From Sphingobium sp. (GTDB lineage Bacteria > Pseudomonadota > Alphaproteobacteria > Sphingomonadales > Sphingomonadaceae), in contig NZ_JALDYQ010000013.1 in assembly GCF_032153725.1 (NCBI RefSeq), positions 9,686 to 73,685 of the forward strand: 64,000 nucleotides of DNA, read 5' to 3'. The notes under the pieces are model-generated. The model was not told the DNA's origin. It worked only from the letters and a program-made list of their open reading frames with translations, and did not search any database. Below are positions 52,435-60,810 of the stretch, piece after piece (position 1 is the first letter of the stretch; every line of letters starts with the position of its first letter). Position numbers and translations under genes: made by a program.

Positions 52435-52610
52435 GGGACCCCAAGCCTTTTTGCCACTCAGTGGCCGCTATGCTGCGTCGCGTCAATCGCGCCATTGCTT
52501 ATGGCGCTCGCCTGTCATAGCATGGCCGCTCCATTTTCGCAGGATCGCCGTCATGAACAACCCTCTGATCGCAAGGCCCATTTGCTCTGCTTTCAGGGAA
52601 TTTTCCGTTC

Positions 52611-54188
52611 ATGCCTGCCATTTTATTTTCGCGCCTCAGCTGGTCCGCGCCTGACGGCGCCCCGATTCTTCCCAGCCTCGATTTTCGTTTCGCCACCGAA
52701 CGAATCGGCCTTGTCGGACGCAATGGCGTCGGCAAATCGACCCTGCTAGCGCTGATCGGGGGGAAGCTGACGCCCACCAGCGGCAGCCTCCATGTGGCGG
52801 GCAGCGTGGCGACGCTGCGGCAGACGGTCCAGGTCGCCCCGGATGAGCGCATCGCCGACCTGTTCGGCGCCCGTGAAGCGCTGGCGTTGCTCGCCAGGGC
52901 CGAACGCGGCGAAGCCGATATGGACGAGCTGGAACAGTGCGACTGGACGCTGCCCAGCCGGATCGAGGAGGCATTGGCTGAAGTCGGGCTGGCGGCTGAT
53001 CCCGGCACGCCGTTGCTGGCGCTGTCGGGCGGCCAGCGCAGCCGCGCAGCGCTGGCGGGGGTGGTCTTTGCCCGGCCCGATTTCCTGTTGCTGGACGAGC
53101 CGACCAACAATCTGGACGCGCAGGGGCGCACCGCCCTGCTGGACCTGCTCGCCGGATGGAAAGCCGGCGCGATCGTCGTCAGCCATGACCGCGCGCTGCT
53201 GGAGGAGATGGACGCAATCGCGGAGCTGACGAGCCTGGGAATCAGCCGTCATGGCGGCAACTGGTCGGCCTGGCAGGAGCGCAAGGCCATCGAACTGGCC
53301 GCCGCGCAGCAGGATCTGGAGCAGGCCGAACGCCGCATGAAGGATGTCGCCCGCCGCGCGCAGGTCGCCGCCGAACGCAAGCAGCGGCGCGACGGCGCCG
53401 GCGCGCGCAAGGGGGCGCGGGGCGACATGCCGCGCATCCTGGCAGGCATGCGCAAGGATCGCGCGGAAGGATCGGGCGGCGAGGCGGCACGGCTTGCCGA
53501 ACGGTTGCGGCGCGAGGCGGAAGATGCCGCGCGGACGGCGCGCAACCGGATCGAAATGGTCGAGAGCCTGTCCGTCACCCTGCCGTCGACCGGGGTGCGG
53601 CCGGATCAGCCTATCGTCCGGCTGGATCAGGTGACGGCAGGCCACGATCCCGAACGGCCGGTACTGCGCGGGCTGAACCTGCGCATCAACGGGCCGGAAC
53701 GGATCGCCGTCACCGGCCCCAATGGCGCGGGCAAATCGACGCTGCTGCATGTGATCGCGGGGCTATTGCCGCCATTTGCCGGCGCCGTCGACCGGCCTGC
53801 CGCCTGCGCCCTGCTGGACCAGCGTGCCAGCCTGCTCGATCCCGCGGCCAGCATCGCTGACAATTTCGCCCGGATGCATCCGCAGGCCACGGACAATGCC
53901 GTGCGAGCAGCGCTGGCCCGCTTCCGTTTCCGGGCCGATCTGGCCTTGCAAAAGGTCGGGACGCTGAGCGGCGGACAACTGCTGCGCGCCGGTCTGGCCT
54001 GCGTGCTGGGCGGGCAAGGCCTGCCGCCGTTGCTGATGCTGGACGAGCCGACCAATCATCTCGACATCGATTCGATTGCTGCGATCGAACAGGGGCTGGC
54101 GGGGTTTGACGGCGCGCTCCTGATCGTCAGCCATGACGCCGCTTTTCTGGCGGCGGTCGGCGTCACCCGCCGGATCGAACTCGGATGA
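52611..54188 (+). CDS. ABC-F family ATPase (two ABC domains, no TM domain)
   Basis: 525 aa. Two Walker A motifs (GRNGVGKST, GPNGAGKST), two LSGG signatures, Arg/Glu-rich linker. Confidence 0.88.
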   Translation: MPAILFSRLSWSAPDGAPILPSLDFRFATERIGLVGRNGVGKSTLLALIGGKLTPTSGSLHVAGSVATLRQTVQVAPDERIADLFGAREALALLARAERGEADMDELEQCDWTLPSRIEEALAEVGLAADPGTPLLALSGGQRSRAALAGVVFARPDFLLLDEPTNNLDAQGRTALLDLLAGWKAGAIVVSHDRALLEEMDAIAELTSLGISRHGGNWSAWQERKAIELAAAQQDLEQAERRMKDVARRAQVAAERKQRRDGAGARKGARGDMPRILAGMRKDRAEGSGGEAARLAERLRREAEDAARTARNRIEMVESLSVTLPSTGVRPDQPIVRLDQVTAGHDPERPVLRGLNLRINGPERIAVTGPNGAGKSTLLHVIAGLLPPFAGAVDRPAACALLDQRASLLDPAASIADNFARMHPQATDNAVRAALARFRFRADLALQKVGTLSGGQLLRAGLACVLGGQGLPPLLMLDEPTNHLDIDSIAAIEQGLAGFDGALLIVSHDAAFLAAVGVTRRIELG

Positions 54189-54197
54189 GCGGCCCGG

Positions 54198-55727
54198 TCA
54201 ATGCGCCGCCGACCGGTCCACCGTCCCGGTTGGCCGCGGGGCAAGCCAAACCATCGCCGCCGCCAGGAACAGCGCCATCGCGGCGATATGGAAGACGTGG
54301 TTCATGGACACCGCCACCGATTGCGCATCGACCAGATTGCTCACCATCTGCCGCGCCTGCTCCTGCGTGAAGCCGTGGCTCGTCAGGTCGGCCATCGCCC
54401 CATCGGGTTTCAGCGCGCTCACCAGTTCGTTGCGCGACACACGCTGCCCGTCGCCCCAACCCGTCAGCACGATCGACGTGGAAATGGCGATGGCCAGGGT
54501 GCGAAGGAAATTCTGCATGCCTGCGGCCGACGCCGTTTCCTCCGGCCGGACTGATCCCAGTGTCAGCGTCGTCAACGGGATCATGAAAAAGGGCATGCCA
54601 AAGCCCTGGATCATCTGCGGCATCGCAACCGTCCAGAAATCCGCATCGGTCGTCCATTGCGCCCGCCACAACGTCATCAGGCCAATCCATGCGACGCCCG
54701 CCGAAATCATGATGCGCACATCGACCCTGTCCACCAGCCGTCCCACGACGGGCGCCATGAACATGGCCGTCATCGCCGTGAATGCCGTCGCCAGACCCGA
54801 CCAGGCGGCGGTATAGCCCATGGACATCTGTAGCCATTGCGGGATGATGATGATGCCCGCGAAATAGGCCCCGTAACAGAGCGCCAGCGTGAACACGCCG
54901 GAGGTGAAGCCGACATGGCGGAACACGCGCAGGTCGACGATGGGATGTTCCTCCGTCAGTTCCCAGATCAGGAAAATGCAGAAACCGATCGCCGCCAACA
55001 CCGTCAGAATGACGATCAGCGGATCGCCGAACCAGTCGCGGTCGCGGCCGATGTCCAGCATCACCTGAAGGCAGCCGATCCAGAAGACCAGCAGGGAGAG
55101 GCCGATATAGTCGATGGGCAGCTTCACCCGCTCCGTCTCCACCGGGCGCAGCAGCACCACGGCGGAAAAGACGCACAGGGCCGCGATCGGCAGGTTGATG
55201 AAGAAGATCCAGTGCCAGCTCCAACTGTCACTGATATAGCCACCGACAATGGGGCCGAAGGCCGGTCCGAGCAGGGTCGTCATCGCCCACAGCCCCATGA
55301 TGCGCCCGCGCCGTTCGGGCGGATAGATGCGCATCAGCAGCGTCTGCGACATCGGCATCAGCGGCCCGCCGCACAGGCCCTGGCCAATGCGGCAGGCGAC
55401 GATCATGCCCAGCGTCATGGACAGGCCGCAAAGCAGCGAGAACAGACCGAAGCCGACCATGCCCAGGATGAACAGCCGCACCGCGCCGAAACGCTGCGCC
55501 AGCCAGCCGGTCAGCGGCACGCAGATCGCCTCCGCCACGGCGTAGCTGGTGATGATCCAGGTCCCCTGATCGGCGGAAATGCCCAGATTGCCGGCGATAT
55601 GCGGCACCGACACATTGGCGATGGTGAGGTCGAGCACCACCATGAAATTGCTGAGCGCCAGCGTCAGCCCCGCCAGCAGGCGATGCCGCGGCGACAGGCG
55701 CGAGAAGGATTCCGCCGGACGGCTCAT
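54198..55727 (-). CDS. emrB: DHA2-family MFS efflux permease (EmrB/QacA type, 14 TM)
   Basis: Track ORF trimmed to ATG 55727. LDLTIANVSVPHIAGNLG motif. About 509 aa. Confidence 0.9.
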   Translation of the reverse strand: MSRPAESFSRLSPRHRLLAGLTLALSNFMVVLDLTIANVSVPHIAGNLGISADQGTWIITSYAVAEAICVPLTGWLAQRFGAVRLFILGMVGFGLFSLLCGLSMTLGMIVACRIGQGLCGGPLMPMSQTLLMRIYPPERRGRIMGLWAMTTLLGPAFGPIVGGYISDSWSWHWIFFINLPIAALCVFSAVVLLRPVETERVKLPIDYIGLSLLVFWIGCLQVMLDIGRDRDWFGDPLIVILTVLAAIGFCIFLIWELTEEHPIVDLRVFRHVGFTSGVFTLALCYGAYFAGIIIIPQWLQMSMGYTAAWSGLATAFTAMTAMFMAPVVGRLVDRVDVRIMISAGVAWIGLMTLWRAQWTTDADFWTVAMPQMIQGFGMPFFMIPLTTLTLGSVRPEETASAAGMQNFLRTLAIAISTSIVLTGWGDGQRVSRNELVSALKPDGAMADLTSHGFTQEQARQMVSNLVDAQSVAVSMNHVFHIAAMALFLAAAMVWLAPRPTGTVDRSAAH

Positions 55728-55737
55728 GATCCCGTCC

Positions 55738-56889
55738 TCATCCGCCGGACAGGTCGATCTCGGCGTCCATGGAAAGGCCGACGCGCAACGGATGTTCAGC
55801 CAGTTCCCGGGGGTCCAGCGCAATGCGCACGGGCAGGCGCTGCACCACCTTGATCCAGTTGCCGGTGGCGTTCTGCGCCGGAATCAGCGCCATGGATGAA
55901 CCGGTGCCGCCGGAAAAGCCGACGACCCTGCCATGATAGACGACGCCCCCGCCGTAAAGGTCGGAGGTGACGGTGGCCGGCATGCCGACCTTCACGCGGC
56001 CAAGCTGCCGCTCCTTGAAATTCGCGTCGACATAGACCTGGGCAAGCGGGACGATGCTCATGATGGGCGCGCCCTGCGCGACGCGTTGGCCGACCTGCAC
56101 CGACCGCCGCGTCACCACGCCGTCGACCGGCGCGCGGATGACCGCGCGATCAAGGTCGAGCCGCGCGCTGTCGAGCTTCGCCCTGGCGGCCAGCACCGCA
56201 GGATCGGTGTCGATGGTCGATCCGCGCACCAGCGCGTCATTGGCGGCAAGCTGGCCGCTGGCCGCGCCACGCATCGCCTCGGCCGTCGCGACCCCGGCGC
56301 GCGCCTGTTCCAGCGCGGCCAGCGCGGCGGCATGGGCCTTGCGCGCGCTGGTCAGTTCCTCGCCCGATACGGCGCCGTTGGGAGCCAGAGCCTCGCGCCG
56401 CCGGAGGTCGACGCGGGCCTTGTCGAGATCGGCCTGCGCCGTCGCCAGTTGCGCGCGCGCCTGATTGATGTCGGCGCCGCGGGCGTCGACCTGCGCGGCC
56501 AGCGCCGTGCTGGTCGCCACGGACTGGCGGAATTTGCGCTTCGCCTCGGCCAGATCGGCCTCGGCCTGCGCCACCGCGATGCGCGCATTGGTCGGGTCCA
56601 GCTTCACCAATATGGCGCCGCGCTTCACCGCCTGGGTATCGGTCACCAGCACCTGCGTCACCTGCGCGGAGATCAGCGGCGTCACCTGCGCGACCTCCGC
56701 ATTCACATAGGCATTGTCGGTGCCGACATGATTGCGCCCGACCAGCAGATACCAGAGCGCGCTGGCCGCCCCGATGAGCAGCACCGCCAGGCCCAGCCGG
56801 ACAAGCCATTTCCTGCGCGTTTCCTGACGCTCGGCAGCCGCGGCGCCCTTGCTCGCTTCAGTGGTGAATTCGGGCGTCGCGTCAGCCAT
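55738..56889 (-). CDS. emrA: HlyD/EmrA-family periplasmic adaptor
   Basis: Track ORF trimmed to ATG 56889. Single TM, long coiled-coil hairpin (AQAEADLAEAKRK...), beta-barrel C-terminus. Confidence 0.9.
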   Translation of the reverse strand: MADATPEFTTEASKGAAAAERQETRRKWLVRLGLAVLLIGAASALWYLLVGRNHVGTDNAYVNAEVAQVTPLISAQVTQVLVTDTQAVKRGAILVKLDPTNARIAVAQAEADLAEAKRKFRQSVATSTALAAQVDARGADINQARAQLATAQADLDKARVDLRRREALAPNGAVSGEELTSARKAHAAALAALEQARAGVATAEAMRGAASGQLAANDALVRGSTIDTDPAVLAARAKLDSARLDLDRAVIRAPVDGVVTRRSVQVGQRVAQGAPIMSIVPLAQVYVDANFKERQLGRVKVGMPATVTSDLYGGGVVYHGRVVGFSGGTGSSMALIPAQNATGNWIKVVQRLPVRIALDPRELAEHPLRVGLSMDAEIDLSGG

Positions 56890-58426
56890 GGGGCATGTCC
56901 TTGGAAATCTGGAGCGGCATTCGGGCATCGCTGGCGGTGAATCCGCCGCCCAGCGCGCGAATGAGGGCGATATCGAGCGTGAAGGCGCTGGCCTCCAGCT
57001 CCGCGACGGACTGACGGGCGGCCAGAAGCTGGTCCTCCACGTTCAGCACGTCAAGATAGGTGTTGAGCCCGCCTTCATAACGCTGGCGGGCAATGCCATA
57101 GGCTTCCTCCGACGCGGTCAGTGCCGCGCGGGCGTCGACCAACCGCCGGGCCAGCGCGCGGCGGCCGGTGACGGCGTCGGCCACCTGCTGATAGGCGTCG
57201 AGCACGGTCCTGTCATAGCTGGCCACCGCCTCGTCATAGACGGCGCGGGCACCACGATATTGCCCGCTGATCGCGCCGCCGTGGAAGATCGGCAGGCTGA
57301 TCGCCGGACCTGCATTGCCGAACAGCGAATCCTTCGTGAACAGACTGTCGAAAAAGGGGCTGGGCCCGCCCGAAAAGGCGCCGTTGTTCAGCACGGTTTG
57401 ATATCCCAGCGACTGCACGCCGATCAACGCGCTCAGGCGGATGGCGGGGAAGAAATCGGCGCGGGCCACCTTGATCCGCTTCGCCGCCGCCTCCGTCCGG
57501 GCAAGCGCCGCGGCGATATCCGGTCGGCGGGCGACCAGATTGGTGGTCACATCCGCCGGCAGACCCAGCGGCCCCGACGCGCCCAGCTTCGGCTGCCCGA
57601 TCGCCAGACCCCGATCCGGCCCGGCGCCGATCAGCGCGGCGATCTGATGCTGGCGGACGGCAATGGCCTGATCAGCCGCGGCCAGCTGCGCCCGGGCCGA
57701 TGCCACGGTGGCGTCGGCCTGCCGCTCGCTGCCGCGGGTTTCCAGGCCATTTTCACGCCGCTGCGTCACCAGCTTCTGGCTCGCCGTGCGGATTTCCAGC
57801 GCCCGCGCCTGGATGGCGCGTTCCTCATGAAGCCGGGCCAGATCGGCATAGGCATCCGCCACCCCGGTCGCAAGCGCCAGCCGCGCGGCCCGCGCATCGA
57901 TCGCCGCCGCGCGCGCTTCCGATGTCGCCGCGGCCAATGCGGCCCGATTCTTGCCCCACAAATCCAGGTCGAAGCCGAAATTGAGCGTCACCTGACCGGT
58001 CCCCAGCCAGCCCTTGGGCACGAACTCCTTGGGCATGCCCATATTATAGCTGGATTTGGTCACGCCCCCCTTTGCGTCGAGATCGGCCGAAGGCAGCAAC
58101 GGCGCCCCGGCCTGTTGCGCGACCGCGTTCGCCTGACGGAAACGGGCGACCGCGGCGGCGACATCCGGCGATGCTTTCAACCCTTCCTCGATCAGGGCAT
58201 CCAGCTGAGGATCGCCATAGGCCGTCCACCAGCCTTCGGACGGCCAGACGGCGACAGTGTCAGCCTTCAGGCTACGCTCCGCTGCAATGCCGTCGGGCGC
58301 GCGCACGACCGGCCGGGGCCCTAGATCGGGCACCGCCGCGCAAGCCGACAACAGAGCCATGCCCGCAATAAGCGACACGGCGCGACCGGAGCGCGCAGAG
58401 AGGCGCGAGCGACGACTTACGGACAT
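56882..58426 (-). CDS. NodT-family efflux outer-membrane lipoprotein
   Basis: Track ORF trimmed to ATG 58426. Lipobox LLSA-C, two OEP repeats. 8-nt overlap with the emrA start. Confidence 0.9.
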   Translation of the reverse strand: MSVSRRSRLSARSGRAVSLIAGMALLSACAAVPDLGPRPVVRAPDGIAAERSLKADTVAVWPSEGWWTAYGDPQLDALIEEGLKASPDVAAAVARFRQANAVAQQAGAPLLPSADLDAKGGVTKSSYNMGMPKEFVPKGWLGTGQVTLNFGFDLDLWGKNRAALAAATSEARAAAIDARAARLALATGVADAYADLARLHEERAIQARALEIRTASQKLVTQRRENGLETRGSERQADATVASARAQLAAADQAIAVRQHQIAALIGAGPDRGLAIGQPKLGASGPLGLPADVTTNLVARRPDIAAALARTEAAAKRIKVARADFFPAIRLSALIGVQSLGYQTVLNNGAFSGGPSPFFDSLFTKDSLFGNAGPAISLPIFHGGAISGQYRGARAVYDEAVASYDRTVLDAYQQVADAVTGRRALARRLVDARAALTASEEAYGIARQRYEGGLNTYLDVLNVEDQLLAARQSVAELEASAFTLDIALIRALGGGFTASDARMPLQISKDMPHG

Positions 58427-58429
58427 ATC

Positions 58430-58514
58430 AAATCGTACCATATAGTATGAAATTGGCATTTGCGCCCGTTGCAAATCCTTGTCAACAAAAATAGCGTACT
58501 ATATGGTACGATTT
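58430..58514. promoter_or_regulatory. twin 18-bp operators in the divergent efflux / tetR control region
   Basis: AAATCGTACCATATAGTA (58430-58447) and its exact reverse complement TACTATATGGTACGATTT (58497-58514). Each contains a 10/12 palindrome TACCATATAGTA and each ends 1-3 nt from a start codon. A self-complementary TTGCAA at 58469-58474 lies near the midpoint (about 0.5 bp from the centre of symmetry). Confidence 0.6.
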
Positions 58515-58515
58515 C

Positions 58516-59160
58516 ATGACAGAGCCCGTCCCCCTTCTCAGCCGCCGAGAGGCGCGCCGCCGCGACAGGCGCAAGGCCATATTGGAAGTCGCATCGCGTT
58601 CTTTTCTGGAAAATGGCTATGCCGCGACGACCATGTCGGGAATCGCCGCGACGCTCGGCGGATCGAAGGGAACGCTGTGGCGCTATTTCCCCTCGAAGGA
58701 AGCCCTGTTCGCCGCCTGTCTGGACGACGCGACCACCGCCTATCGCGAGGGTCTGGCCGAAATCCTCGATCCTCGCGGCGACCTGGCGCAGACTCTGCGC
58801 AGGCTGGGGCTGAAGCTGCTGGAGAAGGTCACCGCGCCCGACAGCGTTGCGCTGTATCGGCTGGTCATATCCGAAGCGGGTCGCTTTCCGGAGATGGGCG
58901 CGATCTTCTACGAACATGTCCCCCGCAACACCCGCCTGTTGATCACCCGGTTCCTGGAACGCGCAATGGAGAGCGGCCTCCTGCGCCGGGGCGATCCCGA
59001 CACGGCGGCGCGCACCTATATGATGCTGATGCTGTCGGGCTGTCATCAATTGCTGCTGCTGGGGCAGATCACGCGGGCAACGCCCCATCAGATCGAAGCC
59101 GACGTCACTTTCGGACTGGATTGCTTCCTGCGCGCTTATGCGCCGGATGCTCCCGGTTAA
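58516..59160 (+). CDS. TetR/AcrR-family transcriptional regulator
   Basis: 214 aa. HTH ILEVASRSFLENGYAATTMSGIAATLGGSKGTLWRYFPSKEALF. Confidence 0.9.
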   Translation: MTEPVPLLSRREARRRDRRKAILEVASRSFLENGYAATTMSGIAATLGGSKGTLWRYFPSKEALFAACLDDATTAYREGLAEILDPRGDLAQTLRRLGLKLLEKVTAPDSVALYRLVISEAGRFPEMGAIFYEHVPRNTRLLITRFLERAMESGLLRRGDPDTAARTYMMLMLSGCHQLLLLGQITRATPHQIEADVTFGLDCFLRAYAPDAPG

Positions 59161-59212
59161 CCATTTCTTTGCGCGCGCGCGCCTATGCTGCGCGCGGCAA
59201 AGGTAGAACGTC

Positions 59213-59836
59213 ATGCAATTCTGGAAGCGCGATTCGATTGGCCGGCCCGACAGGGAAAAAGCCCCCGAAAGCCTGCGGGCGACACGGCGGCTGCGCCTGT
59301 TGATGGTCGATGAAGATGCCACGTCGCGCGCGGTCGTCGCGCGGCGGCTGTCGCATCTGGGCTATGATGTGGCGCTGGCCGAAAATGGTTTCACCGCCCT
59401 CAGCATGCTGGTCGCGCGGCCGGTGGACATCATCCTGATCGACATGGGGCTAACGCTGCTGCCGGGCATTGTGACGATGCGGAAGATTCGCGCGGCGGGA
59501 CTTGCCGGCAACGCCTGCTTCGTGATGATCGGCGGGCGGAACGACCGGACCTGCGCGGTAGAGGCCCTGGAGGCGGGCGCCGACGACCATGTGGTGAAGC
59601 CCTATGATTTCGATTTGCTCGATGCGCGGCTGCGTCACCTGTGCGCCCGCGCCGAACAGATGGGGACGCTCACCAGACATAATGCCGAACTGGACGCGAG
59701 AATCGCGCGCCGGGCGCTTGAACTGGGGGAAACGCGCGACGCGCTCGCCGAAATGCAGGCGGACCGGGCGCGGCTCGTCTCCTCGATCCAGGCGCTGCAT
59801 GATGAGATCGCGCGGCTCAATGCGGCTCGGCATTAG
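59213..59836 (+). CDS. orphan response regulator: receiver domain plus C-terminal coiled coil
   Basis: 207 aa. MVDEDAT acidic pocket, IILIDMGL phospho-Asp, VVKPYD Lys. About 70-aa heptad-rich tail. No kinase gene nearby. Confidence 0.85.
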   Translation: MQFWKRDSIGRPDREKAPESLRATRRLRLLMVDEDATSRAVVARRLSHLGYDVALAENGFTALSMLVARPVDIILIDMGLTLLPGIVTMRKIRAAGLAGNACFVMIGGRNDRTCAVEALEAGADDHVVKPYDFDLLDARLRHLCARAEQMGTLTRHNAELDARIARRALELGETRDALAEMQADRARLVSSIQALHDEIARLNAARH

Positions 59837-59856
59837 GGCTTCCTGTTTCAGCCACC

Positions 59857-60810
59857 CTATTTCAACCACTGCGTGGCGGCGAACCAGCCGCTGATCCCGG
59901 TCGCCATAGCCATGCAGACCCCGACCACGCCCCAGAAGGCCCAGGGTTCATGGGCATAGGGAATGCCGTCGACATTCATGCCGAGCAAGCCGGTCAGAAA
60001 GGTCAGCGGCAGAAAGACCAGCGCAACGACGGAAATGATCAGCGCCTGCCGATTCATCTGCTCGGCGCGCAGGTCGGTCAATTCTTCATGGGCCAGCGCC
60101 GAGCGTTCGCGCACTGCCTCCAGTTCCTCCGCCATGCGCGCGCAGCGGTCGGCCGCTTCCTGAAGATGCAGCCGGTCGTCGGGTTCCAGCCAGGGCGCAT
60201 CGGCTGCCGAAAGCCGTTCGAGCGCCTGCCGCTGCGGCGCGATGAAGCGGCGATAGCTGATCGCGGTCGCGCGGATTTCCGATACACGCCGCCGCGCCTC
60301 GGCCGGGCCATACTGCGTCAGCGCGCTTTCGATCTCGTCCAGGCCATCGCCCAGTTCGGCCACTTCGGGGTCGAGCGCCTCGGTGATCTGCTGCGCGAAG
60401 GCGGCGATCAGATCGCCAGGATCGCGTATCCCGCCAGCCAGCATCTGCGCCGTCACCGGTTCCATCGCCGCGAGTGGACGATAGCTGACCGAAATCACCC
60501 GGGCTTCCTCGGCCCAGAGGCGGATCGACACGAGCGGGTCGCCGACATCATCATCGGCTGCCCCCAAACCGCGCAGGTTCACCAGCGCGCCATGCGCCAT
60601 CAGGGTGCAGCGCGGCCGCGTTTCCTGCGCCAGCAAAGCCGACAGGGCGGCTTCGGGCATATGGTCGCAACGCGCCGCCACGGTTCGGGCATCCTCCCGC
60701 CAGCCGTCCGAATGAACCCAGCTGAACGGCGCATCGTCCGCCCGCCCGCAAAAGTCGTCGAGCGAAATTTCCCGCGCCTGAACGCCGTTGAAGACGAAGA
60801 CCCGGCTTAT
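59857..60810 (-). CDS. zntB: ZntB/CorA-family divalent-cation transporter (start codon unresolved)
   Basis: C-terminal LPLTFLTGLLGMNVDGIP (GMN motif) and 2 TM. The first canonical start is GTG 60681. Homologous N-terminal sequence (ISRVFVFNGVQAREISLDDF...FSWVHSDGWREDA) continues in frame up to ATA 60808-60810. The end given here assumes that extension. Confidence 0.75.
   Translation of the reverse strand: MSRVFVFNGVQAREISLDDFCGRADDAPFSWVHSDGWREDARTVAARCDHMPEAALSALLAQETRPRCTLMAHGALVNLRGLGAADDDVGDPLVSIRLWAEEARVISVSYRPLAAMEPVTAQMLAGGIRDPGDLIAAFAQQITEALDPEVAELGDGLDEIESALTQYGPAEARRRVSEIRATAISYRRFIAPQRQALERLSAADAPWLEPDDRLHLQEAADRCARMAEELEAVRERSALAHEELTDLRAEQMNRQALIISVVALVFLPLTFLTGLLGMNVDGIPYAHEPWAFWGVVGVCMAMATGISGWFAATQWLK

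Noticed and set aside
52440-52470. Sigma54 promoter (TGGCAC-N5-TTGC) upstream of nasT
   Set aside because: The minus strand reads TGGCAAAAAGGCTTGG. The spacing is off by one, the -12 GC is replaced by GG, and it would lie only 7 nt from the ATG.
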